DNA of 54,677 nt from a virus (lineage: Duplodnaviria > Caudoviricetes): IMG/VR virus record IMGVR_UViG_3300020045_005836, positions 1 through 54,677 of that record. One strand, written 5' to 3'. The notes beneath the pieces were generated by a model. It saw nothing but the letters and a program-made list of their open reading frames with translations. It made no database searches and had not been told where the DNA came from. A program made the position numbers and the translations under genes. Of the stretch, positions 25,257 to 35,500 are shown piece after piece; position 1 is the stretch's first letter; every line of letters starts with the position of its first letter.

Positions 25257-25678
25257 ATTGTGGCCTCAAACGTAAGTGGGAGGGTATAAGGGAATCCTGA
25301 TATTGTTGGCTCAGGATACGCTACATTAAAAAAACGATATGCCCGCAACATAACACTATCCTCTGTCCCATCTGCATACTGAGCATATCCTTTTGCCACG
25401 CTACCAACTAGCTCACCACCATCGTTGAGTTCCGCGCTGGCCTCAATATTGGTTATTATGGTTGCGGTATCATAAAAAGCAGAGCCATCCGCTGAATAGA
25501 TTGATCGGTGCGCGACGGGGCAAGCGGCATAAAACTCGCTGATTGATAAGCCGATACTATCAATCATACCATTTTTAAGTAGAAAGGCCGCGACTAATCC
25601 ATCCCGCGGTAAGACAGATGACCGACCACTAGTCTTTAGGCCTTTACTCATGCTTGACTTAAGAGCTCTTGTAAGCAT
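25253..25678 (-). CDS. hypothetical protein (virion-associated?)
   Basis: Coupled ORF with a GFPYTLPL C-terminus. Confidence 0.55.
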   Translation of the reverse strand: MLTRALKSSMSKGLKTSGRSSVLPRDGLVAAFLLKNGMIDSIGLSISEFYAACPVAHRSIYSADGSAFYDTATIITNIEASAELNDGGELVGSVAKGYAQYADGTEDSVMLRAYRFFNVAYPEPTISGFPYTLPLTFEATI

Positions 25679-25974
25679 TATTGCTCCTCATAGCCCACGC
25701 TAGCCAGCGCAGCGGTAGCACTTTTAGTGATTCTGTAAGTCCCGAGGGCTTCAACATACACCGAGTTAGGCGCAGATGACACAGACACAAGTCCGTCCTT
25801 GTTTGTCAAAGGGCTGAAAACTCCATTAGGTCCAAGTCGATGAAGCACTGCAGACTCACCTACGCCGAAGTCGTCCCCATAGAGAACAAACGGACCAATC
25901 GCTACAAACTCTGTAGAAGCATCAGATAAAGCTACTGCACTTCGGGTACCTGCTATTTTTACTGTGATTGCCAT
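25678..25974 (-). CDS. hypothetical protein
   Basis: AAGGAG SD. Confidence 0.65.
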   Translation of the reverse strand: MAITVKIAGTRSAVALSDASTEFVAIGPFVLYGDDFGVGESAVLHRLGPNGVFSPLTNKDGLVSVSSAPNSVYVEALGTYRITKSATAALASVGYEEQ

Positions 25975-25984
25975 TGTAATCTCC

Positions 25985-26485
25985 TTACTCGGTGTCTATC
26001 GCACCGTACCTTAAGTTTTTAGCCATTCGCCTACACCACCCTCTACTATTACTTGGCCAGTTAGGAAGGGTAGTAAGAAACTCTAGTCTAGCTGCAATAA
26101 TCAACTGTACCAAGTCTGAGTCTGAAGTGCTCGAGATTTTTGCCCGCGTTATATCGCCTACTATACCATCTGGTTTCAAGCGTAATTCAGCTTGCAAGCT
26201 CTTTATAGCTCTAGGAATGCCACTATGCACAGCAAAGTCAAGCAGCTGGTAAGTAACACCGCGAGATAAGTCTTTTGAAGCCAGAGGGAGAATAAAATCC
26301 CTGCGGTATATAATAGCAGCATCATTAAGAGTAAGGTTTCTGATATCCAAATACGGGTAAGACCGCTTAGAAATCCCCCACTTTGTTTCTCCGCCCGGGT
26401 CATCTTCAATATTCCTATCGGCATAACCACCCTCCGCGCCATTAATGCGTATTAGCCATTCCTGTATAGTGGTATGGCTAATCAT
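25985..26485 (-). CDS. endolysin, glycoside hydrolase family 108 with peptidoglycan-binding domain
   Basis: EGGY...D.GGET.WGI, DFAVHSG, LQ......DG.VG..T and GW.RR motifs. Confidence 0.92.
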   Translation of the reverse strand: MISHTTIQEWLIRINGAEGGYADRNIEDDPGGETKWGISKRSYPYLDIRNLTLNDAAIIYRRDFILPLASKDLSRGVTYQLLDFAVHSGIPRAIKSLQAELRLKPDGIVGDITRAKISSTSDSDLVQLIIAARLEFLTTLPNWPSNSRGWCRRMAKNLRYGAIDTE

Positions 26486-26787
26486 TTATGCACCTTAGTT
26501 ACGAAACCAAGCCAGACTATACCAGCAAACCCGCCAATTATAAGAATCAGGACAGCCTTCATAATAGTGGACTTACCTTCCGAGACCATCTTATTGAAGT
26601 TCTTGTAAAACTTAATAGCCTCACTTAGGTCTTCTGGGTCGATGGTGCTAAATCTACAAGACTCCGTGTGACTACGTATAAGCGCAGCCACGATAGCATC
26701 AATATCTTCATTTGTAAGATTACGTTTACGCCGAGGCTCATATACCTCGGCTTCAATAACGTGGTTATCATCTTCTATAAAAGCCAT
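26482..26787 (-). CDS. putative holin-like membrane protein
   Basis: C-terminal TM helix; directly upstream of the endolysin. Confidence 0.5.
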   Translation of the reverse strand: MAFIEDDNHVIEAEVYEPRRKRNLTNEDIDAIVAALIRSHTESCRFSTIDPEDLSEAIKFYKNFNKMVSEGKSTIMKAVLILIIGGFAGIVWLGFVTKVHK

Positions 26788-27236
26788 GCAGCGCTCCTCG
26801 GCACCGTGTGCCCCTGTTCTTGTTTAATTGCCCAAAATATTTTTCGTCCAAGAGTATCAACAGCCTGTGCATATATAGCAGGTGACCGTAATGCAAAGTA
26901 CTGCGCCGCGCTTTCCGGTTCAGTGTGCTTAAGTATAATTGTCTTTATGTTTGCGTACAGCCTAGAATTAGCAGCATGAAAGTCGTCCCACGTAGTACCG
27001 CTTTCGTACTCTAAGTCATGGAGCCAGCACGCTGGGCTTATCTTTATTTTTCTGGTCAAGCTGCATGGAATTAGATGTGGTATTCTTATGTAGTCTGGAA
27101 CAAGGCGCTCCCATATGCCTTTACCAGCCCCGCAGCAGTCATCAGGAAAAGTGTTATAGGGCATTGACCAAGGAAAACCGGTTATAGCTTGCTCAGTTAT
27201 CTCTAGGGGCATGCCTTCCCACATTTGCACTATCAC
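26775..27236 (-). CDS. phospholipase A2-like protein
   Basis: CCGAG loop and ACWLHD..Y motif. Confidence 0.5.
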   Translation of the reverse strand: MIVQMWEGMPLEITEQAITGFPWSMPYNTFPDDCCGAGKGIWERLVPDYIRIPHLIPCSLTRKIKISPACWLHDLEYESGTTWDDFHAANSRLYANIKTIILKHTEPESAAQYFALRSPAIYAQAVDTLGRKIFWAIKQEQGHTVPRSAAWLL

Positions 27237-27541
27237 TGGGTCACCTTGGTAAGTTTAGCTTTCAACGACTTTACGTACACCCTAGCTGCGGGATACCCTA
27301 CTCCTATAATTGCTAGGGCCCAAGTAGCCGCTGTATTCTGTTGTGTTTTCGCAGTACCCAGGAGCCTGATGACCTCTTCGTATTTTATTAGGTCACTTCC
27401 TGACAAAACGTATGGTAACACTATTTGCAGTAGTACTAATATATCAATGCCTAGAGCTTGACAACCAAGAATACAAACAATGAGTAGCGTAATACGGTAC
27501 TCAGAACTTTTATCACCTGTTGCAAGCTCGAGGAGGTTCAT
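27233..27541 (-). CDS. putative holin/membrane protein
   Basis: Two to three hydrophobic segments and a basic C-terminus. Confidence 0.55.
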   Translation of the reverse strand: MNLLELATGDKSSEYRITLLIVCILGCQALGIDILVLLQIVLPYVLSGSDLIKYEEVIRLLGTAKTQQNTAATWALAIIGVGYPAARVYVKSLKAKLTKVTQ

Positions 27542-27804
27542 ATATTAGGGGTTCCTGTCAAGGTATCTAACGCATCAGCTGCGGCACTTACAGGGGTATC
27601 GGTGCCGAGAAGTTTATCAAGCATCGCAGACACTTTTCCGTCGGTAGTTTGCTCAGTAGTATCTGTAAGAGTTGACCCATTGGCCTGGATTCTCAGGGTA
27701 CTAGTTCCATTCTCGTCAGTCTCCATATCGAACTGGACAAGAGTAACTCTCATACTACACCCAGCTAATAAAATTGTTACTAGAATCATAAGCGCTTTAA
27801 GCAT
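27538..27804 (-). CDS. lipoprotein (spanin candidate)
   Basis: Signal peptide with LLAGC lipobox, in the lysis region. Confidence 0.6.
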   Translation of the reverse strand: MLKALMILVTILLAGCSMRVTLVQFDMETDENGTSTLRIQANGSTLTDTTEQTTDGKVSAMLDKLLGTDTPVSAAADALDTLTGTPNI

Positions 27805-27812
27805 GCTGTCTC

Positions 27813-28541
27813 CTAATTCGATGCGTAGATTGTTACGTATGAGCTACCTTTCGCTTTTAGAGTCCATATACCCATACCACCATGGCTAGTGTTATTATTT
27901 TTAGACTCTATTGGGCCAGTTCCTCCATGCCGGTAGATGGTTTGGCGGTTGCCTTCTTCAAAACGCTTCGAAGAGTCTGGAACTAAAAATGTGTAACCGC
28001 TGTCGTATACAAACTTTAACGACTTTCCGAAGTATGACCCAGTTTCAGTAGTTCGCAGAGATCGAGTACCGTCTGTAGCCACAGACAATTTAAACTTGCC
28101 TTTGTTGATGTACGCACCAGCTGGGGTACTAACAGTAGGTTGGAACGTATATACTTTTGACGCAGTGTTAATATAGATGGTGATTGGAGATGAATACTTA
28201 GACCCTATTTTCTTAAACCTGTATACTGGGTTGTTTTTCCAGGGCGTACCAAGAGCCGCTACTTCATCATCAAGCATCACCGTCGTAATTTTACTTGACC
28301 AAGAGGAAGGAAATACAACTGCTGCAGTACCTTGGTATTCGCCTTTACCTTCTGTCGTAGTCTCTTCCCATATAGCTTTATCAGGAAACACAGACGACGT
28401 AGACGGATTGCTTGCGTCTTTACACCTTTGTATGCAAGTCTCTAAGTCTGCGGAGTTAGCTATCCCAAACCACAGAATGCCAATTATAATGAGAAGGATC
28501 CAGCAAAGAGGGCCTGCGAACTTCATGTTTCTCTGGTTCAT
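27813..28541 (-). CDS. exported or membrane-anchored hypothetical protein
   Basis: N-terminal signal/TM segment followed by a beta-rich region. Confidence 0.6.
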   Translation of the reverse strand: MNQRNMKFAGPLCWILLIIIGILWFGIANSADLETCIQRCKDASNPSTSSVFPDKAIWEETTTEGKGEYQGTAAVVFPSSWSSKITTVMLDDEVAALGTPWKNNPVYRFKKIGSKYSSPITIYINTASKVYTFQPTVSTPAGAYINKGKFKLSVATDGTRSLRTTETGSYFGKSLKFVYDSGYTFLVPDSSKRFEEGNRQTIYRHGGTGPIESKNNNTSHGGMGIWTLKAKGSSYVTIYASN

Positions 28542-29071
28542 ATGGTCCCTCGTTTAGATAGAGTCACGTGGATATCTCTCACGGTATTAATATAATGCTG
28601 CAACGCGAAAGGTTTGCTCTCATCACTCCTGGTCATGAGCCACTCTTCCCAGGAGACACCATGCATCCAGTCAAAGTCACACGTGTAGCCTACGTGAGGC
28701 GCGTTAACGTCTCTCCATGCCTTATTGAGGTACAAAGCGTACCAAGAGCTCATAGGTGGCCACTGGTGCGTAGGGTCGCCGTACGCGCACGCATTGCTCC
28801 AGTCGGGCGTAATAATCAGGGCTTTGCCGCCGACTTTAAGCACCCTGTATAGCTCGTTGAAGAACGCAATTCGCTCAGTCCCGGTGAGGTGCTCTACAAA
28901 ATGTGAGCTGAAGACCTCATCTACTTCACCGTCATTCCATGGCCACGGAGTGTTTCGTAGGTCGTGTACCACTGATACCCCTTCAAATGATATGCAGTCC
29001 ACGCCAACAAACGGAAACTCGTCCTGCGACTTTATTACATTTTTTCCGCAACCTAAATCGAGCTTTAACAT
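28538..29071 (-). CDS. class I SAM-dependent methyltransferase
   Basis: LDLGCG, GVD, SSHFVEHL, ELYRVLK.GG...I.TP and DPTH motifs. Confidence 0.88.
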   Translation of the reverse strand: MLKLDLGCGKNVIKSQDEFPFVGVDCISFEGVSVVHDLRNTPWPWNDGEVDEVFSSHFVEHLTGTERIAFFNELYRVLKVGGKALIITPDWSNACAYGDPTHQWPPMSSWYALYLNKAWRDVNAPHVGYTCDFDWMHGVSWEEWLMTRSDESKPFALQHYINTVRDIHVTLSKRGTI

Positions 29072-29094
29072 TTTGTCTCCCCAGACTTTTAAGT

Positions 29095-29814
29095 CTACCA
29101 GATTATATCATTAACCACGTCATAGTGGCCTACTAGCACACGGTTATCGATCGCGCATCTGTACCCGTATTTTCGTGCGTCGCCCCAGAAGTACAAGTCC
29201 TGCGTGCCGACACCGAGTCCTTCTGACCCATTCAAAGTCTTGAACCATGGTTTCCGTAGACGATCGTCTTTGAACATCTGAAGGCGCCACAGGTTAAAGC
29301 CCATGCCAGTGCCGCAGCACTCTTGAACTTGACCAGGGATAGGAACTTGAGGTCTAAAGTTAATACTTGGGTCTTTAGGGTCTCCCCATATCTGGGGCAC
29401 ACCGCCTTCACCCTTAGTCCAGTAGAGTCCTCCTACGCACGAGTACTCTGGGTGCTGTTCCATAGTCTCTACAAGCATAGGTACGCCATTCCAAGGCGGT
29501 ATATTATCGTGCTCTACTGTAAGAATGTACTCCCATTGGCTGAGCTCAGGATTTGCGAGTATTCCAGATATAGTGTCTGAGTACGCCTGGCCTACTTCCA
29601 TACCCAGCGCGGCGATACGGTACACGCCTTGATTGGGTGGAAATGCTAAAGCCCACAAAGCCATAGCTGCTTTTGTAGGCATCTGAGCACCCGCCGGAAT
29701 TATAACGACGATGCGTTGTTTCTTCCAGCTTCCGCCCTGTAATATCCTCTGGCCACTCGCCTCTACGTCAGTATTATGTCGGCCCCCGTCAAGCGATACA
29801 AACTGTTCCTTCAT
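29095..29814 (-). CDS. GT-A fold (GT2-like) glycosyltransferase
   Basis: IVVIIP, YILTVEHD (DxD equivalent), GMGF.L.R..MF, QDLYF...A...GY and ID..V.VGH motifs. Confidence 0.75.
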   Translation of the reverse strand: MKEQFVSLDGGRHNTDVEASGQRILQGGSWKKQRIVVIIPAGAQMPTKAAMALWALAFPPNQGVYRIAALGMEVGQAYSDTISGILANPELSQWEYILTVEHDNIPPWNGVPMLVETMEQHPEYSCVGGLYWTKGEGGVPQIWGDPKDPSINFRPQVPIPGQVQECCGTGMGFNLWRLQMFKDDRLRKPWFKTLNGSEGLGVGTQDLYFWGDARKYGYRCAIDNRVLVGHYDVVNDIIW

Positions 29815-29828
29815 GAAATGTGGTCCTT

Positions 29829-32012
29829 TTAGTTGGTAAGCGATCTAAACGTGAACATAGGATAAAAGTTGTGATTGCGGTTGATAAGCTCTAATGGTAG
29901 CGCACTAGGTAAGTTTGTTCCACCAAATCCTGGCAGCTCTGCCGTATCAGTTTGTGAAACTATACCTAAGCCGACTTGGCTACTTGGATGCTGTAACTGG
30001 CCCGATGACTCAGTGTTATGTAAGCCAAATGCTCCCATGAGTGAAAGGTTTGCGTTAGTGTGACCAAGCATGTACAGATAGAACCCATATGAAAGTGCTG
30101 ATGAGGCTGCTAAGCCTAGCGCGCCTAACCAATACTGACCGCGTGTTAGCGACATTTGTCCAAAGTGAAATAACGCTTGCCGTCCTAAGTACTCACCTAC
30201 ATAGCTCCTTTGTTCAGATGCATTCGTAAACAGTTCGACTGCAGTCTCAAGGCTAGTTGAATTGGCTGACGAGATATACGTATACGACGCGGCAGGCCCA
30301 GTCATATGCGCTGCTATAGAAAATAAAGCTGTAGACGACAATGATAAGTCATTCGCATCACCGTCCCGGTAGTAGAGGCCCGCGAGTACGCTCATTGATA
30401 ATGAATAAGATGACGCAGTATTCGTATTAGCGTTAATAAACATGTACATCGGCAACTCTAGTACATTGAGGTGCAGATCATTGGATAAATAAAACGGGTA
30501 CATCTCTATAGAGTTAGTAGACTGAGTCGCTAAGCATAGGCGCTTAGTGGCAGACGCATACCCGTTTAAAGTAGAAAAATACGTATCAGCCGCGCCAGCT
30601 CCACCTGCTGCTGCGCTAGCAGTTATAGTAGACCCAGAGATTCCAAAGCTTACGCCATTACCATTAGCAAAGGAGAAATTGGATACGTCTCTGTCAGTCG
30701 TGCCGGCAGAAATTCTTACCGCGCTTATGCCTGCTCCTGCTCCTGCATCAGTATATGAGCCTACAATAGAACCGTTGGTTATATAAAAGCTTAAGCCATT
30801 ACTGTTACCAAAAGTAACTGTATTACCAGATACGCTTGAATTAGAAGCGCTGAAACCTTGAATTCCATGGCCAGATAAAGAAAATGTCAGTCCATCGCTC
30901 GCACTTGCAGTGGACCCACTAAGGTTAGTCAGCTGTAGTGACGGATTGCCATGACTATGCGCACTTTGAGCTGCGGTGGTTAATCCGTTGTGGCTAGCAG
31001 TTATTGAGGACCCAGACCCTCCAAAAGTTATTCCGTTGCTATTTACAAGACTTATATTTCCAGAGCTTCCGAGTACTTGCACAGAGTTCTGAGTCTGAAC
31101 AGTCTGTCCTACGATTGAAGCTGATGCAGTTATCGTGGATCCGCTGAGGCCAAAGCTTATGTTGTTAGAGTTAGAAAAAACAGTAGCTGGGTTAGCAGAG
31201 AGCGAAATAGTAAGGCCTGCGCTGTTAGACGCTGTTGTACCAGACACATTAGTTAACGCAAGCGATGGGTTACCATGGCTATGACCAGAGAGTGCTGCTG
31301 TAGTTAAAAACTGTGTATGCGTATGGGTACTTAGCGCAGCTGTAGTAAGGTACTGCGTGTGCGCATGGCTACTTAACGCTGCAGTCGTAAGGTACTGTGC
31401 ATGCGTATGACTGCTTTGAGCCGCTGTAGTGAGGTACTGTGTGTATGTGTGACTGTGGTCACTTATAGCTGCAGTAGTGAGGTATTGCGAGTGCGTATGA
31501 ACACTTTGAGCCGCAGTTGTTAAAAACTGCGAATGCGCATGATTACTTACTGCAGCAGTAGTTAAGTACTGCGAATGCGCATGGTTGCTTAACGCTGCAG
31601 TTGTAAGGTAGTTAGCAAGAGTGTGGGTATGATCACTCTGCGCAGCAGTTGTTAAGTACTGCGAGTGACTGTGGTTACTCAGCGCTGCAGTCGTGAGGTA
31701 GTTAGCAAGAGTATGGGTATGATCGCTCTGCGCAGCAGTTGTAAGGAACTGCGAGTGGCTGTGGTTACTCAGCGCTGCAGTCGTGAGGTAGTCAGTTTTA
31801 ACTGACGCTGTAACACATAAACCTGACTTACCGAAGGTCACCCCATTAGAGTTAGAAAAATCCAAGGCGTTTGCAGCACTACCCGCTATTCCTCTAGCTC
31901 CACCGACAACTACTGATACAGTCTGTATAGGCTGAGTTAAAAGAACTGCATTTTGAGTATCTACTGCATGAACAGTGTTTTGATCCTCTATGATGTGAAC
32001 AGTGCTAGCCAT
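29829..32012 (-). CDS. tail fibre protein with HxH repeats
   Basis: Twelve tandem (Y/F)LTTAAxSxHxH units plus N.NG..FG repeats; S/T/G-rich. Confidence 0.75.
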   Translation of the reverse strand: MASTVHIIEDQNTVHAVDTQNAVLLTQPIQTVSVVVGGARGIAGSAANALDFSNSNGVTFGKSGLCVTASVKTDYLTTAALSNHSHSQFLTTAAQSDHTHTLANYLTTAALSNHSHSQYLTTAAQSDHTHTLANYLTTAALSNHAHSQYLTTAAVSNHAHSQFLTTAAQSVHTHSQYLTTAAISDHSHTYTQYLTTAAQSSHTHAQYLTTAALSSHAHTQYLTTAALSTHTHTQFLTTAALSGHSHGNPSLALTNVSGTTASNSAGLTISLSANPATVFSNSNNISFGLSGSTITASASIVGQTVQTQNSVQVLGSSGNISLVNSNGITFGGSGSSITASHNGLTTAAQSAHSHGNPSLQLTNLSGSTASASDGLTFSLSGHGIQGFSASNSSVSGNTVTFGNSNGLSFYITNGSIVGSYTDAGAGAGISAVRISAGTTDRDVSNFSFANGNGVSFGISGSTITASAAAGGAGAADTYFSTLNGYASATKRLCLATQSTNSIEMYPFYLSNDLHLNVLELPMYMFINANTNTASSYSLSMSVLAGLYYRDGDANDLSLSSTALFSIAAHMTGPAASYTYISSANSTSLETAVELFTNASEQRSYVGEYLGRQALFHFGQMSLTRGQYWLGALGLAASSALSYGFYLYMLGHTNANLSLMGAFGLHNTESSGQLQHPSSQVGLGIVSQTDTAELPGFGGTNLPSALPLELINRNHNFYPMFTFRSLTN
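31270..31795 (-). repeat. tandem 42/48-bp coding repeats of the tail fibre
   Basis: Repeated gctgcagt..taaggtact units on the + strand, including a near-exact 90-bp duplication. Confidence 0.9.
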
Positions 32013-32398
32013 TATGGGGTGACCTCTACGGTAACTTCTCCAGTTACAGTGACCTTACCATACAACAGCTTATCGACTACGTCGTCAGTGCCGGCGTCAT
32101 TAACTAACTCTATATCGTACTTACCACTAACGAAAGTAAGCGCTGCAGTTTCTGCCGCGGTAAGATGAATATAAAGCGTAGTACCAGATATCTCTAGCCC
32201 TCCATTTTCTGTTGTCAGGTCTAGTAAGGCTGCCTCAACAGTAGTCTCAGGCACGTGGAGAATGTCGTCACGCACCTGCATACGTGCTCCAGTGTATACA
32301 ATAGAAAAATCTACAAGGCCGTCATCGTCAGATAACGATATAGGAAGATCAAAAGTGCCACCACGTGGTATCGTTATATTGTACTCTGCTGGCTGCAT
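32012..32398 (-). CDS. virion structural protein (fibre-associated)
   Basis: ARMQVR...L.L....G....L.L.A..TA.L....G.YDIE..........L..G.V pattern; TAATG coupling to the fibre gene. Confidence 0.65.
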   Translation of the reverse strand: MQPAEYNITIPRGGTFDLPISLSDDDGLVDFSIVYTGARMQVRDDILHVPETTVEAALLDLTTENGGLEISGTTLYIHLTAAETAALTFVSGKYDIELVNDAGTDDVVDKLLYGKVTVTGEVTVEVTP

Positions 32399-32443
32399 AT
32401 ACGCTCCTTAACTAAGTGTGGATGCTCTACACCACTAAGTGTT

Positions 32444-32490
32444 ATTATACAAAGGTTTGACGAAAAAGTACACTCTTTCTTATAAATTTT
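32444..32490 (-). promoter_or_regulatory. internal sigma70-type promoter for the fibre/GT/MTase/lysis genes
   Basis: Minus strand TGTACT (32472-32467), 17 nt, TATAAT (32449-32444). Confidence 0.7.
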
Positions 32491-32503
32491 ATACCTTTTC
32501 CAA

Positions 32504-35500
32504 CTACTTCTGGTACTTATTAGGCTTGAAGTTTCTATTTTGCTGGTCAGACAGCCAAGCATAGTCTACATATGGAATCTGGTACTCCGGCTTGGCTGAA
32601 CTAGCGCGCTTATTGTACGCGTGAACCGATTTCCAGAATTCAGCCCACTCGGGATCATTTCCATCTCGTCGCTGTACTATTAAGCGATTGTAAGTTGTAG
32701 AAATATCTCCGCGTAAAGCCGTGTATTTACGGCGCACTTCATCAGCCTTCCATGCTGTGTTACGAATCGTAGAAACCTTAGTCGGATTAAAGCTGAGAGC
32801 CCTCTTAGCGAAGTCAACAGCGGTAGACCTAACGACTTGTCCTTTATCAAATACAGGGCTGTAGTTGCTTTTCGTAACACCTTCAGTGTACTCCCTATAT
32901 CCTTTCAAAGGACCTGCAATAGCCGTGGGCAGTATCTGCTCAAGCCCCTTTCTTCCCTGGCCAGAGAGAAGTAAGTTTGTGCCTTCGTATATGTCAGTGA
33001 TCATAGCCTGCGGAGCCCCAAATAACTCACCGAGCGTGGATGGAAACGGTACTTTCACTTCTAATGAGCCTTTAAGGTTTACACCTAAAGCAGCACCAAT
33101 AAACCCATGACGCGCAAAGTCTTCCGCGATGCTACTATCACCGAGGAACTGTTTCAGCCAAGATACGTAGTCTTCTTCTGGATCGTCTACACCAATGACT
33201 CTTGCTATAGCTAAAGCTAGTGTCGAGGTTACTGATGTACCTGCGACTATCTGTGGCATAAGAGCCAGGAATGCGGAAGCTTTAGGAGACTTATACTTCC
33301 CTACAAGCTCCAGCATATTTAAGTGATATGAGTGCTGGTACTTCTGGAACGTGTAAGCTGCGTCAAGGAATCTGTACTTCTGTACAAGCCAGGGTTTAGC
33401 AGCCTTGCCGTAGATCCCATGCGCGCGGTCTGAAGCGTGCTTAGCTAATGCAAGCTTTGTGCCTGTGGGCAAGTTCATGATCGTCGGCTTACCTGCACGA
33501 GTTAAACCGTTTTTGGATAACGCTTTATATGTGGCCAGAATGGTAATAGCTCGGTTGGCTTCTTCAACGGCGCCAAACATGTACATAGCTTTAGCCATAA
33601 CAGCGTTCATAGCCTCACCAACTCTACCAGCCATAGCTTGCGCGGCGTCATGGTTAAACTGAGCTTCAGCCCAGCCGTTCATGTAGATATCGTTCAAGAT
33701 GTCATTATCATTAGGGTCGACTTGGCTGAGACTACCTAGGAACTTATAGCCACGGTTTATAAGTTGATTACGCTTATACGTAGTGTACGACTTTGTAGCG
33801 GACGCTATATGACCGAACACTTTAGACAAACTAACGCCTGTATGAGCTGCTATGGTAGCAGGTACTGAGATCATCATAGTTGTGGCGTTAATTGCTGCAG
33901 AGCCAACACGGAAGCCAAGGTACTTAAGAACTGTAATAGCCTTGAGATACCCGATAAGGTGCCCCATAGCGTCATCTGGCGTTAAGAAAAATTCTATGTA
34001 CTGAACAGCGTCTTCATATAGATTTTTCTGCTGAGTAGGACTTAAGCGTTCCTCTTTAACATGGTTCAGGTATTGAGAGTATGTCGCGGTCGGATTAGCA
34101 GCTTGGTATGCTTTCCAAGAAATAGTTCGACCAGTAATAGCTTCGATCATCTTACGAGCTGTTGTTCGTTTAGCCACACCTGTAGCCAGCCGAGACGCGT
34201 ATCCAGTAAGAGCGCGAATCATATCTGACTCATACCCTTCCCAGTGGTTATTAGACCGAGCTATACGTGAACTAAAGTTACCCTTAGCCCGGTAGATGTC
34301 TGCGATACGAAGTGCCAGTGCTTTGTCTACAGTTCCAAGCCATTGCTTATCACCATCTTCCATAGCCTCAGCGTTCATTTTCTCCGTAGCTACACTAAAG
34401 ATACCATCTAGCGCTGCAAGAGTACCTGGAAGGTTAAAGATCGTGTTAGCAGGCGTTCCTACAGGCTTAATAACGATATCCTTATAGCCGAGCTTCTTGA
34501 GTTCTGCCATACGACGTCCAGCAGGAGCTAGGTTATTAAAGGTCCTCTTCATCTTCTGAACGCGGTTATTACCAAGTTCATTTTCAACGAGATGCCACTT
34601 GTATGTCTCAAGAATGCTAGGTAGGCCGTCTTGCTCAGCAATGAGATGGAATTCACGAGCTACACGTTCACGAGGAAAGTAGCTGCCGCGAAGATCACCC
34701 ATGTTTGCAATGAGCTCTGATAACGAAACTTCTATAGACTTTCCATCGTCATCCACAAACATAGAAGTAGGCTCTGGTACTCCGTTATCAGCTGCACGAG
34801 TTATCTGCTTGCGCATATCTTCTATAAGGATATCGAAAGCTCTGTTAGTAAGAAGCCGTGCATCCTTGATCAGGTCCCTGATCTTAGGGTCTACTAACCG
34901 AGAAGCTAGCCAGTCCTGCTCGGCCTCTATAAGAAAGTCTTGCGCTTCAGCTTCTGCAGTTATGTCAAAAGTTTTCAGTACTTTGCCTTTACGGTCTTTG
35001 ATTTCCCAGGTATTAGCGACCTGCCGGATTTTAAAACTAATTCCTGTTGCGTCAGTGTCAATCAAGTATTTGTTGGCAAACTCGTACATCTTGGGGTACT
35101 TCTTGAGAAGCAGGTTTGCTTTATCCAGGAAGTCACCAAGTACGCGCTTCTGGGCTACGTACCGCACATCTGAGTCGTCAATGGCAGCCTGAAGAATACG
35201 CCGTGTTGCTTTTGACTTCCAGAAATAAAACTCAGGTGAACTAATATACCTGTCAAATAGATTTGAAGTCTGATTAAACTTATCACGTTTAAAGCTACCG
35301 GTCATACGCTTGGTAAGCTCGTAGAACTTACGACTGACTGGATTTGACGTTGTAGCAATTAAGTCATCGACGGATTCCTGGATGGCCACGTCTAAATCTG
35401 CGCTTTTACGATCATAGATTCTTTCCATGACCTTAAGAGCTTCTTTATCTTGTTTAGAAAGATTGTTCGAACCACGAACTGCCGCTAAAGGTATAATTCC

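Noticed and set aside
23597-25678. Invertible tail-fibre shufflon next to the recombinase
   Set aside because: All genes are on one strand, and I found no flanking inverted repeats or alternative fibre ends by eye.
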